Positions 37,525-50,055 of a DNA stretch of 64,000 bases are shown here, one piece after another; position 1 is the first letter of the stretch; each line of letters begins with the position of its first letter. The translations under genes were made by a program, and so were the position numbers. The notes beneath the pieces are model-generated. The model was given only the letters and a program-made list of their open reading frames with translations. It had not been told where the DNA came from and ran no database searches. The DNA lies in assembly GCA_036172245.1 (NCBI GenBank), contig JAYWIR010000028.1, positions 2,294,001 through 2,358,000 of the forward strand, written 5' to 3'. This DNA comes from Raillietiella orientalis. Lineage: Eukaryota.

Positions 37525-38000
37525 CGGTTTGATTTATGCAATGCGCGCTGAGAGGATGCGCGTTTAATCAGAGACTCTCGGCATGGGACGCGGAGATGCT
37601 GCGTGTTGACTCTATCCCGAAATTATTCTTCCTGCCAGTGAGCCGTTCGCTCTCTCTTCTTCCAGATTCCATAATTATTTTCAGGAGGCGCCTATAAATC
37701 TATTGAGCCAGTGATTTATTCTTTCCTTCCTTTTCAAGGTCGTTGCTCTTGGAGACGCACTGCGCTCGCGCCGCAGCGTCCCGAGACGTCGCAGGAACGG
37801 ACTCTCAAATGCAAACTGCGGAACCTCCGGGACGAGGAGGCCTGGTTTCTAGCAGCCCACGTTCTGCAAAACTTTCTGGGTTTCCAAAGCTCTCCTGGTA
37901 ATACTGCTGCCTACGGAGCACCCGGATGGTGAAGCAAGGAGGCGGAAGGGCACCAATCCAATTGATTGGCCCGATCCCCCCCGGCGTGATTTAGCAGCCA
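37525..38000. promoter_or_regulatory. Candidate distal enhancer with clustered Exd(Pbx)/Hox-type sites
   Basis: TGATTTAT at 37530 and 37712, TGATTAAA (-) at 37563-37570, AGATTTAT (-) at 37694-37701, TGATTGG at 37963 and TGATTTAG at 37987, in an AT-richer island. Confidence 0.4.
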
Positions 38001-41000
38001 CAGCATTCCCACTTTGGAACAAGAGGCTCGCGCTCCTGGTTCCGGAATTTCCTCTCCGTTCCGGCTTCGTCTTGGAGGAGCGGCTGGATTCCCGGTGCGG
38101 GAGGGGAGGTTCCTCGAGGAAATCTCCCCCAGCGGAATCTCTGGAGAACTCCAGCCCACGCGCACAGGACTGAAGAGACGTCTCTCTGGACTCCAAAGAG
38201 CCCTTTCCTTAGAGCGGGGAGGATTCATGAGTAGCGATCCGGCAGGAACGTCTTCCAGTAACCAGGACTAAACAGCAAGGCAGACACAGAGAGCGGGGAT
38301 GGAACTCCCGTACATTCGAAACAAACGGACCTGTCCCGACGAGTCCCGGAGGACTTCCCTTCGACTCCCCGCTGCGCGCGCGACGATGGCGCCTCCCGAT
38401 AGCTCTGCCGCCTGCCGAACTCGAGAGCCCTTCGGCGTGACTGGGCACATTCGACGCCAATCCCCTCTCTCTCTCAAAAGACCCCCCGTTTTTAGCGGTC
38501 CGCATCTCGTCCCCCAACTGCCCTTGGAAAACTGTAGCAGATCCAGCCAGACGCAAGCAGCTACCATCTGCCCTTTTTAGCGAAGACCGGCAGTTGTTCC
38601 TTCCGTGCCACCGCGCCCTCAGTGCCACTGCTTGCTCGCGTGTGTCGCGTTGTTTATTTACTTTGGGCTGCCCACCAAGTCTCGCTTTTGCCTCAGCAAT
38701 CGACCCCTGATGACAAAAGCACAATTTGTTCCAGCCTCATCGCGAATCACTAGGGTGCCCTCGAAGGTCACGGATGAGTCACCAACAGAATTCTATTTTT
38801 GTTCCGTTTGCCATTAGCAGCAATAATTAACAGATGAACAGCTTTCGTCGCCGGAGTGCCTGCAGTGATGGGCTGCGGGTGATGAACTGCGTGCAGCCTG
38901 CAACGTTGCATCATCTCAGCAAGAACTGAGATGATCCACCAACTACCATCTCTGGCGAGACGCTTTTTCGACGATTCTTGCAAGAACTTTCAACCGGGTC
39001 AAAGAGGGAACCGAAGATTGGGACGATGGCAAAAAGCGACGATCTCGAAATGGACCAAAGTGGAGAGTCACCTCGCGCATTGCAGAAGATTCTCTCGCGC
39101 CAGCAGCCCGAACCGAAGAATCCCACTCTTTGAATTCCGTCTTCCGGTCATCTCTGCTTTCCTGCTCCCCGGCTTGCCACGACGCTTTTGCGTCCGCGGC
39201 GCACGTGAGACAGGAGAGTGTCCTTCCTTCGCTCGCCCGGAATGCGTCAGATCCGAACGAGATCTTCGCCGAAGTTCCTCGGATGCCAGCAGTACCGGGC
39301 TTGCCGTTTCTGGTCGTCTTGGGGTCAGCCGGCCTGCAAGGAAAAGGCGGCATGCATCACCGTTCTGCGTCAGGACGGAGGATGGGGTCTTCCCCTTCGT
39401 TTGGTTGCTGCTTCGTTCGCCGGCGATATTCTGATGCTGCTTCAGAAGCTTCTGCACCACTCCACATCGGGCCTTGCCCGCGCCAGGTTTCAACACGCCT
39501 CCCAGCACCTCACTGGTCCACAGTTCCTGGGGAAGCTCACTACGCAAATCCATGCGGATCACCTGCCTATTTTTTTCTTTTTTTTTTCCGATGCAGCAGC
39601 AGCGTTGTACTGGTCAGTCAGGTCGTCGGCTGTTCACGGCGTCTTGGGTCATCTCAGTGTCTTCGGCTCCCGTCTGTTTTTTTTTTTTTTTTTTCTAGAT
39701 TCGAAACGGGAGGAGGGTAGGAGAGGTCAGCTTGACGCTGTTTCCTTCCGCTGCTTCCGCTGCGTCATCACTCCCTGTTTTGCAATACTTTCCTTGCCTT
39801 TCTCCTGGAGGAATTTCTGGCGTGCAAAACGGTCACAGCTTCAGTAGGCAAGCAGCCAGGTTGCCATGGAAACGCCGAGCACGACGCGTACTTGGAAATC
39901 ATCAGCGCCCTAGAGAAAAAAGGCAACGCGTGTTTATCTCCGTGCGCGTGTTTACCATACACTGAAGAGTGAGTGGCAAAAATTCAGGGAACAGCAATAA
40001 CAGGGCATTTGGCGTGACCCGAACGGAAGATCGTGGGAAGTTCCGTGTTCGGATTCCCGCCCGATTTCCAAGAGGGCAGCAACGGCAAATTTTCCCTCCC
40101 AATCTCTGCGCCTCGCTTTCCTCTCTTCCCTCACTCATGACACGGGATCTCCTGATCGCAGACGCCTTCCGTCGATCGGTTTCCCCTGACAACCAGCTCC
40201 GGCGAGTTGCAGGATGCACTCGGGTATCTCGCGATTGCCTGGGTGCCCCGCAATCGGACCGGCTGCCCCTCGCCGGCGACGGGTTCGCGCATGCCCGCCG
40301 CGTACCAGCTCTCCCGGCGCTTGCGCTTTCGGAGTGACGCGCGCCACGAGCAACATCCATCACGCGCCATAATGACCGGTGACCAAAATCCCAAAGCGGC
40401 GCCTCATGGGATCGATCAAAGAACAAGCGCACTCCTCCTCGTCGAGAATGCCCTCGCGACCAGGCGCCGTGGCATCCGCAGGCTTTCGGCACGTCTTTCG
40501 AACAAAGCGAGTGCGCAGGGATCTCCCTGCTCGCAACGGCGCTGCCGGGAAGCGCCACGCGGCACGAGCGGGCGGGAAGCAGCGGATGCGCTCCAAGCGC
40601 ACAGCCGCGCCGCACGCGCGCGCGATGTACGCGGCACCTTTCGATCCTTCGGGAGATCCGGGAGCGGCGGAAATTCGACGAAGGCAGCCCGGGGCACCAG
40701 CCAGGAGGAGGCTGGGATGGCAAAAAGGCAGCCGCGTAAAGCAGCAGCCGGGGAGCGGTCCGTCTCCCTTTGCGCGCTTTCCGGTGGCTGCTAAACTCGG
40801 AGATGGCAGCTGCTCTCGATGCATTGCGCAACCCTGACTGTTCATCCATCATGCATCCCACTGGGGACCTTTCTTTGGAGATTTATCAGCCTTGTTGGTT
40901 AATACGACCTGGCAACTGTGTTCGAAATGTCAACTTCATTAGGGGGTGTAAGAGATGCAGTCAAACAATGGGGTGCCTCATCTCGAGGATGACGCAAGGC

Positions 41001-42570
41001 CTCCTCGAATGCGTCTTCTAGCATTTCTTGCATTCCTCGTTCCCTTCCTGCGCAATCGATCATATCCTGGGAAAAGTCGCCCTCGGTCGCCGCTGCCAAT
41101 GAAAAAAAAAAGCATGGTGCCTTAGGTATCGGAACGGGAGGAGGAAGAAGTGCTCCCTTCCATGCTCAATTACCGAAAAGTTCCTCCTCCTCTCCCCCCT
41201 CCCAATTCCGAAAAGTCCCCTCTGCATGCTGGCACGCGCCTCTAATTGGCTGGCTGCTCCGTCAGGCATTCTTTGGATATCGAGGAAGATCTGTGGCGCG
41301 CGTGGTTCTCCCCCTTCTGAGAGCGGATTGCAGCAGCAACACCAGAAAGTCCCCTTCAAGACGGAAGCGATCCCCCATGTCACAAAACCTTGCCTCGCGC
41401 TTCAACGGGATGGAGACCAGCCGTGTTCCTCATCTCCAAGGAGACCGGTTCCACGGTAGCCGAAGCTAACGTCCTGTTTCTTCCCGGAACGGTGCCTCTT
41501 TTTTTCCCATCGTCCTCCCAACGGGGAGTGCGTGAAGCACAGCCGCGCTCTGCCGGGGCCTGACCTCGTCCGACGGTCAAAGGAGCCGCGCGCGCGTCCA
41601 GCAAATCCCGGCTGCACGTATCAGGATCGAGAGGAAAGGGTGGAAGGCACTTTTCGCGCCCCCCTCTCTCACTCCGGATCTCGGGACTCCTGGCATACGG
41701 ATACCTGCACGGAGCTTCGAGGCTGGCTTCTTATCTCGGGCTGCGGGATGAATGATCGAGCTGCTCTGCGGGTAATGAAGTGAAGAGCCTTTCGCGGCCG
41801 CTCGATCCTTTGCTGGTGATGGAACGGAAGAACCCGACATCGCAGAGCTTGACCTCGCATCTCACGTCCCTTCGTCGACTCGAGGGCGAATCTTCGGGAT
41901 GTGATGCAGGAGCGGTCGCCGAGTTTCCCCTCCGCCTGGCTGGGATTTTCTTTCTCCCAACCTCCTCAGTCATGGGTTCTTCAAATATCGGAGACTACGC
42001 CATTTGCTCCGTCCGGCAGTTCCGTAGGGCTCACTTGAAGCCCGCGGCACACCTGGAGTCCAGCTCTGAGGCGTGACGTCAGTGTGCGCGATCAGCATGG
42101 CGCCGATCATTGCGCTCCAAAAATAAATAGTGAGCGACTTCCAAGCGACCCACCTCCAGTCTGGCTTTGCGGCGAAGAACAGCAAGGCTCGAGGCGGGAC
42201 AGTTTCGCACCGCTCATCAGTCAGCTAGAGGACATGCTCGAGGTACGAGACTGACCCCGACCGATTTCAAAGTCACGCAAGGAAAGGAACCAGATCGCAA
42301 CTTTGCTCTTCCCACCAGAATGTTCACTCTGCGCGGATGGATTTGCAGCCGTTGGAGACGTGCACTTCCTCCATGCCCGGCTGCTTTCGAATAACGCCAA
42401 AACTCTGGGCCAAAAAAAAAAAAACATGCTCCATGTTTTGGCGCTGCTCATCGTGACGTCATCGTGTGTGATCAGCATGGCGGCCAACAATGCAATCTGA
42501 TGGCGCAGAGTGAGCGCCTTAAAGCGTCCGGCCTAAAGTCGGACTTACAGGAGAAACGTGAAAAAGGTTA

Positions 42571-42993
42571 AGGGACCCTTCGTCGCGTGCCGTGGAGCTG
42601 GTTGATGCCTCTCCAGAGTGTAAGAGCTCTGCTCCCTTTGGGGAAGCGCCCTTCAGAGAAACCAAGAAACGTTTCTTCGGGGTTCTCTTCAGAGGAGGAG
42701 GAAATAAGGAGCGGTTCCCTTACGGATGCCTCTGGAGAAGAAGCTAGAAGTGGCGGTCCCCTATAGAGGGTCCCTCCATACAGAATAAGGAAGAGCTTCC
42801 CCTTTGGGGTTTTTCTCCCAAGCGTGAGAGGAACGGGCTCCTTCCTCCGTAGCCTTGCTGGATGCATGGGGTGGCCCTCCGGGTTTACCCTCGATAAACT
42901 GAAGAACGACTCGACCATCGGGTGGCCTGGGCAGTGTGAAAGTGTCCCTAAGGATGCGGACGGTTCTTGAGCACTTGGCAGAACAAAAAAAAA
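42571..42993 (+). mobile_element. SINE-like family, copy B (5'-truncated, A-rich tail)
   Basis: Shares gagctggttgatg.ctctccagagtgtaag, gggttctcttcagag, aaggagcggttccc and ctccttc with copies A and C. Ends ggacggttcttgagcacttggcagaacAAAAAAAAA. Confidence 0.7.
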
Positions 42994-45900
42994 CGAGAGC
43001 AGCACGGAGCAGCTTCGGATATGCCTCCTCGTCCAGGCTTGTCGCGTCACTCATTCAAAATAAAAGAAAATGAGGTTTTCCAGTGCTTACGAGAAAGCAC
43101 ACATGGGGATAAACAAGAAGAAATGTGAGAGGAGAATGAGAGGCGGGCATTTCCTCTGTTCCTGCAGCCTCCTTTCCAGGCTCCTTCTTCTGCCTGAGAA
43201 TCCTGAGAATGACTACTGGGGTCCCAATCCATCATCGAAGTCCCACCTCGTCATCCTTCACATCCATGTGACCCAACTCCCATGCAGCAGGAACGAAGGA
43301 AACGATCCGATCGAGGACAGGACCTTCCCTCTCCGGATGTTGGATCCTTCTTTCTCGATTCCGATCTCGAGTTTCGGAGATACGACTTCGACGCTCAAGC
43401 GTTCCGCCTACCCTCTTTCCGTCGGGTCGATTCCCCGCACCGAGCTTCTGTGTTCCGCGTCCGCTGCATCCGAGCTGCTCGCTGCAAGAAACCTCCAAGT
43501 TTGCTCTATCGATCGCTCCCTTGCAGATCGGCTGACCGTCTTCGAGTCGCCCAGAGATGGTTCAGAAGGCGCGTCCTGCAGAATCCCCTGCTGTATCTGG
43601 TGTCGGAGGGCGCTGCAGTTTTTCTCGGTCTGCCGACCTGGGGATTCGAGAGATTCAGCGATCTTCAGTTGTTTGGAGCTTCCCTGGTTCCAGCATCCTA
43701 GCAGTATCCCACAAGGATTGCGTGCGCTGACTCTGTGATCCCTTTGGAGTGGGAAGAGGTGGTCAGAAAGGAGGACAATGATCCCCAGAGCGCTCTCTGT
43801 CGGCTAATCCCGGACGGGGAATGAGGCGAATCCTCTCCTCTGGGAGCGGTGGGAGAAAGAGTAAGGCTGGATCTGAAGGAATAAGACGGAGCGTGGGACG
43901 AGAGGGAGAAACTTTATTAGGGATTCCATCGCTCGGACCGACTAGGAACCGGAGGCTGACCTAGGCCCGATAGGACGGGTATTCGGTCGTGGGTTGGCTG
44001 GATTCCTCTGGAAGAATGAGCCATAGTGCTGCGGGAGCGGTGACTCCCTGCATGCCTCGCGAAGGACTCCACTGTGAGTTCCTTTCCCCCAATCACCCTT
44101 CCCCCATGCAAGTACTAACCTGCTGCCTCAACCCTTCCCTCCCCTCCCGGGATCTACGTAGGCGGGAACGCGCTCCCATCGCCCACTTCTGCGAAAGGAA
44201 TGGGCTTGTCTGGCTGCTTCCCTCTTCTCTTCCTCAGAGATGCGGCTCCACAGAGGAGCCAAGGAGGGAGCAGCAGCAACGGAGTGACCCTCCTGCTCCG
44301 CTTCCGGCGAGAAAACGTCTGACCCTTCCGGAATGCCCAAAGGCTTGGCGGGATGGAGTAGCGAACCCTTTCCCTAGGAATGGAATGGGCGCTGCCTCTG
44401 GGCTCTGGTCTGTACATCCCTCCGGAGCGAGCAATGCTGCGTCAGCACAGAGCGCAGATGCAGCTCCGAGCACTCTCCTGCAACAGCAACGAGTCATTTT
44501 CCTGGCAACTCTAGAAGAAGGAGACTCCTCCTCCTCTCCAGTGGGAACGCGCGATGGTGGCGGAAGCGGCAAAGCTCCCGGCACCGCCCATCCGTGGGCT
44601 CCAGGAAAGCTGCCTCCATAAGAGTGAGCTGGTAGTTTGGTGAGACGAAGTTGAGTTTCCCTTCCTTCTCGTCCCATTTTTACCCTTCATGGCTTCGCGT
44701 CCATCCTTTTCTCTTGAGACGTGCAGCTTTGCAGACGGCACACCAGCCACGCGATACCCACGTGGTACTAGCCACGAGCCAGCCTTGCAGGAGGAGAAGG
44801 GTCTCACCAAGGAGGTATATCTCTCCCGAGATATCCCTGTCCTCCAGAAGGAGGAGTCCTGAGGCCTGCGGATGAATCCCCTTTGCCTCCGCAAACGTAA
44901 GCGGCGGCGGCGGTGCGCGCGCACCCGGAGAGGTCCGCCACGGAGCCAGTGATGCCGCGTGTTGACGGCCGCTCGTCACCCAGAATGATGGATCAGCTTC
45001 TTGTTGACCAATGGGGTAAGGGAAATGCTAAGCAAGTAAGGGGAGGGTGGAGGGAAAGATGAGAGAGGGAGAGAGTGGTACTTGACTCGCAGATACAGAA
45101 TGACGAAGGAGGCGACCGTGAGCCAACGCTCAGGAGGCATTCGGAGGGCCGACGTAAGAGAGGGGAGCAATGAACGCCCCTTTCTGGAAGTCCTGCCCCT
45201 CGGTCAGGGCGCCTCGCTACCAAGTGGAAGGAAAGAGGGGAGAGGAGGGGAAGAAGCTAGGAGATCGTCTTTCGTCCCATAGAACAGGATAAGGGCCTGT
45301 ATAGTTTAAAGCTCGCAAGTCTGTCGCACAGGTGAGTCTCTGGGAGACCCAGCAGGGAGTTCTCCCAAGGCTCTGTCCTTGCTCCCTTTTCAAAAGGGTT
45401 CACCTATCCACACCGCTCTCCTGCGCTTTCTGATACACATCACGTCTGAAAATTCACCGTACTTTCGCCTCTGGGTAAGACCCAAGGACCCATCCTACCA
45501 CCACCCTTCCCTCTTTTTCTTCTGTCAGGTACCTCTGGAAACGGATACCCCTTCAGGGCTGATAGTGGCCGTCCCGGGGTCCTCTTCTGGCTGCCTCCCT
45601 CTTCCTTTCTACTGCCCTCTTTCACCTTTAGGTTCCACACCACTCTTCTGGCTCGGTGCTTGAAGGGTGAAAGGGGAGAAGTAGGAGAGTAAGCGGACTT
45701 TTTTCCCATAGCATCACTTTGCCGGCCTCTGAATCCGCCGGCACCTCCAGACAGAGCGGCTAGCAGTGGTTTCGGAGAGACCAGCTAGAGAACGCCATCG
45801 GAAGATGCGGAAGGAAGAAAGAGCAGGGTCAGCACCTACGAAGTGCCAGCTTAGGTGGTGAACACCTCAAAGAGTGGGGCCAGCTGACTGGTGTCCCAAA

Positions 45901-48289
45901 CTTTAGCATCCGTCTTTGCTCCTCTTTCGCTTCTGCAGCGCCAGGACTGCCCTCCTCCTTCCTGAAAGAGGGCACTCTTTACCGCAGATGGGCGTCCAGG
46001 ACGGTTTAGGCCCCCGAAAAGTGGCGACAGGCACCTGCTACGAGAGGCTCCAGAAACAATAGCGGCTAGTTCCTCGGAATCCCTTGGACTACCAGGTGAT
46101 CATAGAGTGCATCCCAACTCCTCCCCTCTGGCTGCCCTACCCTAGTTTCCGCACTAGCTAAGGGACTCCTGCAACAAGCACATCTGCCATCTTGCTGGTG
46201 GCGCGCCGGGCTCTGCCTCGAAAAGAGGAACGGCGTCATGCCTCGAAGGGAAAAGTGCCCGAGAAGCACGGGAGAGAGGCAACCGTTCGCACGTGCTGCG
46301 GGAGTGTTCCGGAGGCTGTATCCGGGCCGCATCTGCGATGCACTTCGCCTCCCCGGAGGACCTTATTGTCTCTTTCCAGGGTCACTAGCCGCTTCGTCAA
46401 TGGCGACCGCCCGCCACTCAGGCAGCATTGGCGATCTTCCAGATGGAGGGAGAGTATGGCCGGCGCCATCCCGGCGAGCCGCTTGCGATCTCCATCGCCC
46501 GCGTGCGTAGGGCAGAGGAGCAGCTTCATCCGGGATGTTAGGGGCTGTGTTGCTGCGGCCTTTGGACGAGCGTGAGCAGACGCTCCCGGAGCCAGTGAGC
46601 AAATGGGGGTGGAGTGCTCCACACCTATTCCTTCCTTGCCCGACGCAGGCTCTCGGGAATCGTGCTGAGTATTGCGGGGCCGGAGCAGCCCGCTCTCCAT
46701 TTATCTACGCATTCTTTGGCTCTCCCTCCTCTCTCCTTAGTTCCGTCCCCAGTGAGGGAATTCCCTTCGGATTCGGACAGACCCATAGCCGATTCTTCTT
46801 CGATTGATCAAATTCCATTTGTTTATGTAAAATAAGTGGCCCTGCAGCCCTGGATGGGAAGGTCATCTAGAGGCATTCATTGTGTTTCTTGCATACAATG
46901 AACATAGAAGGGAGAAGTAAAAGGCAAGATAGAACTTCGGGTTCCAGGAGAGCTAGAAAACATCCAGGAGGTACCAAAGCCTTAGAGTTTCAGATAGGCT
47001 TGTAGGTGACCTCAACCACAGAAGAGGTCAAGGTGGACAGATAAAAAACGGATGTAGACGGTTATAGACAGGGTAGAGGAGGCTCACCGAAGATCCCTTT
47101 GTGACCTTTATATCCTCTGAAGAACAGGGAAGCTTCCTTTTTGAACCTTCTGACATTGGACAATTTCCTTGTCCTTCTTGGCACAGTGGTGCATTCTGGG
47201 GTTGGCTTCTTGCTATTGTCCTGGTTTCGTCAATAGGGCTGCCTCATTCCTCTTTGGGAGGAACGGACAAAGTGCCCACCAACTGAACTTTTGCAGAGCA
47301 CCGAATGGATACAACTCCTCTGGTGGCTACCTTTCCGAGTGAGCTTACCGTTCTCTTCATTGGGGTCGTGGGGAAGAGAATTCGTCTCTAGAATGGCTGT
47401 CGAAGCCGCAATACTCGCGTTAGAATGAGACCTTGCTCATGGTAACAGTGAAAGCACTTCTTCAGGGAAGAACAACCATTTGCATTCCCAGAGCACCTCC
47501 ATAAATCAACTCCAGCGGTAGGAAGTAATGACTCCTGCTGATGGTGCTGCGTTGATCTGAAACAGAACAGTTCTAGAATCCGGCGGGAAATTCTAAGTTC
47601 TTGCGAGCTCCTTGATTTCGCTGGAGTAGCAGTTCAACACACCAACAGCTTGCAGAAGGATTCTAGAGCATGGAAGGAGGATCTCCTCAGATCTTCATAT
47701 GTGCAGAAATCCAAAGGCGCATGATGCGTCTGGTGCTCAGCAGCAGAGCCAGACGCCGCCCCCTGTTTGTGTTCTCTCAAGACGCAAAACTCTCAGAGCC
47801 TCCACATGGATGGCCTCTCGCTGCCACAAGGGGATGCACAAGCTCTCTGGCCTTAAGCACCTACTGGCCACTCTGGTCTGCTTCGGCAGAGTGGCTTCGG
47901 AGAACTGAGGAAACCATTCCCTAGCGCCCGGTCTAGGTTTCGAGCTCTCTAAATAGGGCCTTGTCCCGTGAATGAGAATCGCAGAGGTCTTCGTTTCTTT
48001 CTTTAGAATGAGAGACTCAAAGACTTCAAACAAGATAAACAAAAGAAGACAAAATCACTTTAGCGATGAGGAGTTACCTCAGGCAGCTTGGGGGAAGATG
48101 AAAAGCACCTAAAGCTTTCGCGACCCTACGGCACCCATACAAGGTGGTTTCGTGGGTTGATTGAGAACTTGCAGGATTTAGGCGAGCCATTTGTCACATG
48201 AGTGGGCTGCTCGTGGGCTCAGGTTTGCTCCCAACAGGCTCCTAAGGACATGAGGATTATGGACTGTTCCCTTCTTTCTCGTGCAGTAG

Positions 48290-48845
48290 GGAAGGATTAA
48301 CATGGAGATGAACATTCTGGAGGAGACAGAGCGCCCTCAGTGCGCGTTTGGACAAGCGTCCCTCGTCAGGCACACGTCGCGACAGAGTCTTCCGCTGCCT
48401 CGCACTGCATCGAGTACGAGAGGACATCTCGAGATCCGCTTCTCTGTTGCAAACTCCACAGTGGAGACTCTGACTGCGTGCCATGAAGTGCTACTGCGCC
48501 AACGAATGGACCTTCTGACTGCTACTGGAGCAGGAATTACGCCCCACGTTCTTTATGGGCACTGCCTGCCTGCTGGTTTCGCTCTCGTGGACCGGGTTCT
48601 GCTTACCTGCCCAGGGGCTTCGAAGAAACCTTCAAAGGATATAACGGATTATCCATGATTTGGGGGAACAACGCAGTTTTGACTGGTGTCTCCAATCGCG
48701 GGGTGTGAAGGATGCCGAATCACGTGATCTGCCTTCGCGTCCAGAGCATCATCCCCGAGTCATGAAGCGGAAGCGACTCGTGAACGGGATTGAGAGTCAT
48801 GAATGCATTAAGAGCAATCCTCGGAGAACTTCTGCTGCTTTCGAC
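48290..48845 (+). mobile_element. Decayed RTE-type LINE AP-endonuclease fragment
   Basis: tgc tac (t) gcg cca acg aat at 48489-48507 reads CYAPTN with a 1-nt insertion. It is preceded by LEIRF and followed by PSKDIT and a GE(LL) segment in the expected motif order. Frameshifted; by-eye only. Confidence 0.55.
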
Positions 48846-49729
48846 GATCCCGTTCGGTTCCGGGAAGTGCCAGTATGTTTCACCTACTCGAAATCCCGTT
48901 AGATCATCTCTGAGCTCCAGACAATTATCGCCTGCATAATGGCGCCTTATACATAGATGCCATTTTGATACAGCGTTAACAGCGAGCGCCCATTTATCTC
49001 TTGGCCCTCTGACAGTAAAATGAAGCCCACGGAGTGGTAAAGCGCTTCATTATGATACGTCGCATCATCATTCCTTCTCACGTGACATTAGACTGGAAAA
49101 AAGAATCATCAATGAAATAATCTTCGATTTCCTCTACAGCAGAGAAAAAAAGAGGCTCTCGTACTGCCTTTCACTGTTGCGAGGGAAAAGAATGCGTATC
49201 AATCACTTTTCGTTCGCTTACGGAGATCCCAACCCGTTTATTTTTTAGCTTCTTCAACCTAAATCGCCATTAGAAGTCCTCTGTAACTCTTTCTCCTTCG
49301 ATAAACTCCTAAAACAAACTGCAAGAGAGAGAAAGAATTTAGGAAATAGTCTGCACATTTCGTCATCCTTTCTGCTTGTACAATCAAAGTTTTCGAAACA
49401 TCCATCACTGCGGTCTTTCTCTGGACCTTTCTGTCATGTGGCCGCTCGTTCACTTTCTTCTTTCAAAAAGGAACACCGCCCCTTCCTGGAAGAAGGAAAG
49501 AAGGAAAAACTGCAGTAAGTTACAAAACCAGTAGATGGTGCAGGCATCGAAATCTCAGAACCCTTCATGGAGATAGAAAGGACGTCACCAGCATTAGGAT
49601 GATCGAATGGATGAAGTCAGCATCCCTTCAGGAGGCGGAGAGTTTGCAAATAGCAAAGTCTTCTTCTATTGGTCCACGGAAACACACTGGTCCTTCTACT
49701 GGATGCTCACTTTGCAGTTGGCAAAGTAA

Positions 49730-50055
49730 TAGCCTTTGGAGCCTGAGTGGCAGAGAAAGACATGACCTCCACAAGAACGGAGTCGACGAAAGACGCGCTG
49801 CCAGCACAGCTTCTTTGCTTAGAGATATTGTCAAGTACTTCATCAAGTATAGAATCGGATTTGGTTTATCGAGCATCGATCTCGGCCCCTCTGTCCACTT
49901 TTCTGAGAGGCGTTGTGTTCTCCGGAAGCGGCTCATCGAGGCCGGCGGACCAACAAGTGTTCCTGTATGAAGCGTTGAATGCTGAAACACACTGACTCTT
50001 TCCCTAGGCGTTCCCTTGCTTGGCACCGTGAGATCTTCGGTTCTTCCAAAATTCC
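49730..50055 (+). mobile_element. Decayed RTE-type AP-endonuclease fragment
   Basis: LWSLSGRERHDLHKNGV (cf. SG....H..GV), LLRDIVKYF, FSER, QVFLYEAL (cf. FYE.L) and DSFPRR, in order across frames. Confidence 0.45.

Noticed and set aside
47130..47500. Zinc-knuckle-like KCFHCYHEQG on the minus strand (gag/ORF1 relic)
   Set aside because: Spacing does not fit CCHC and the frame is broken; too weak to call.
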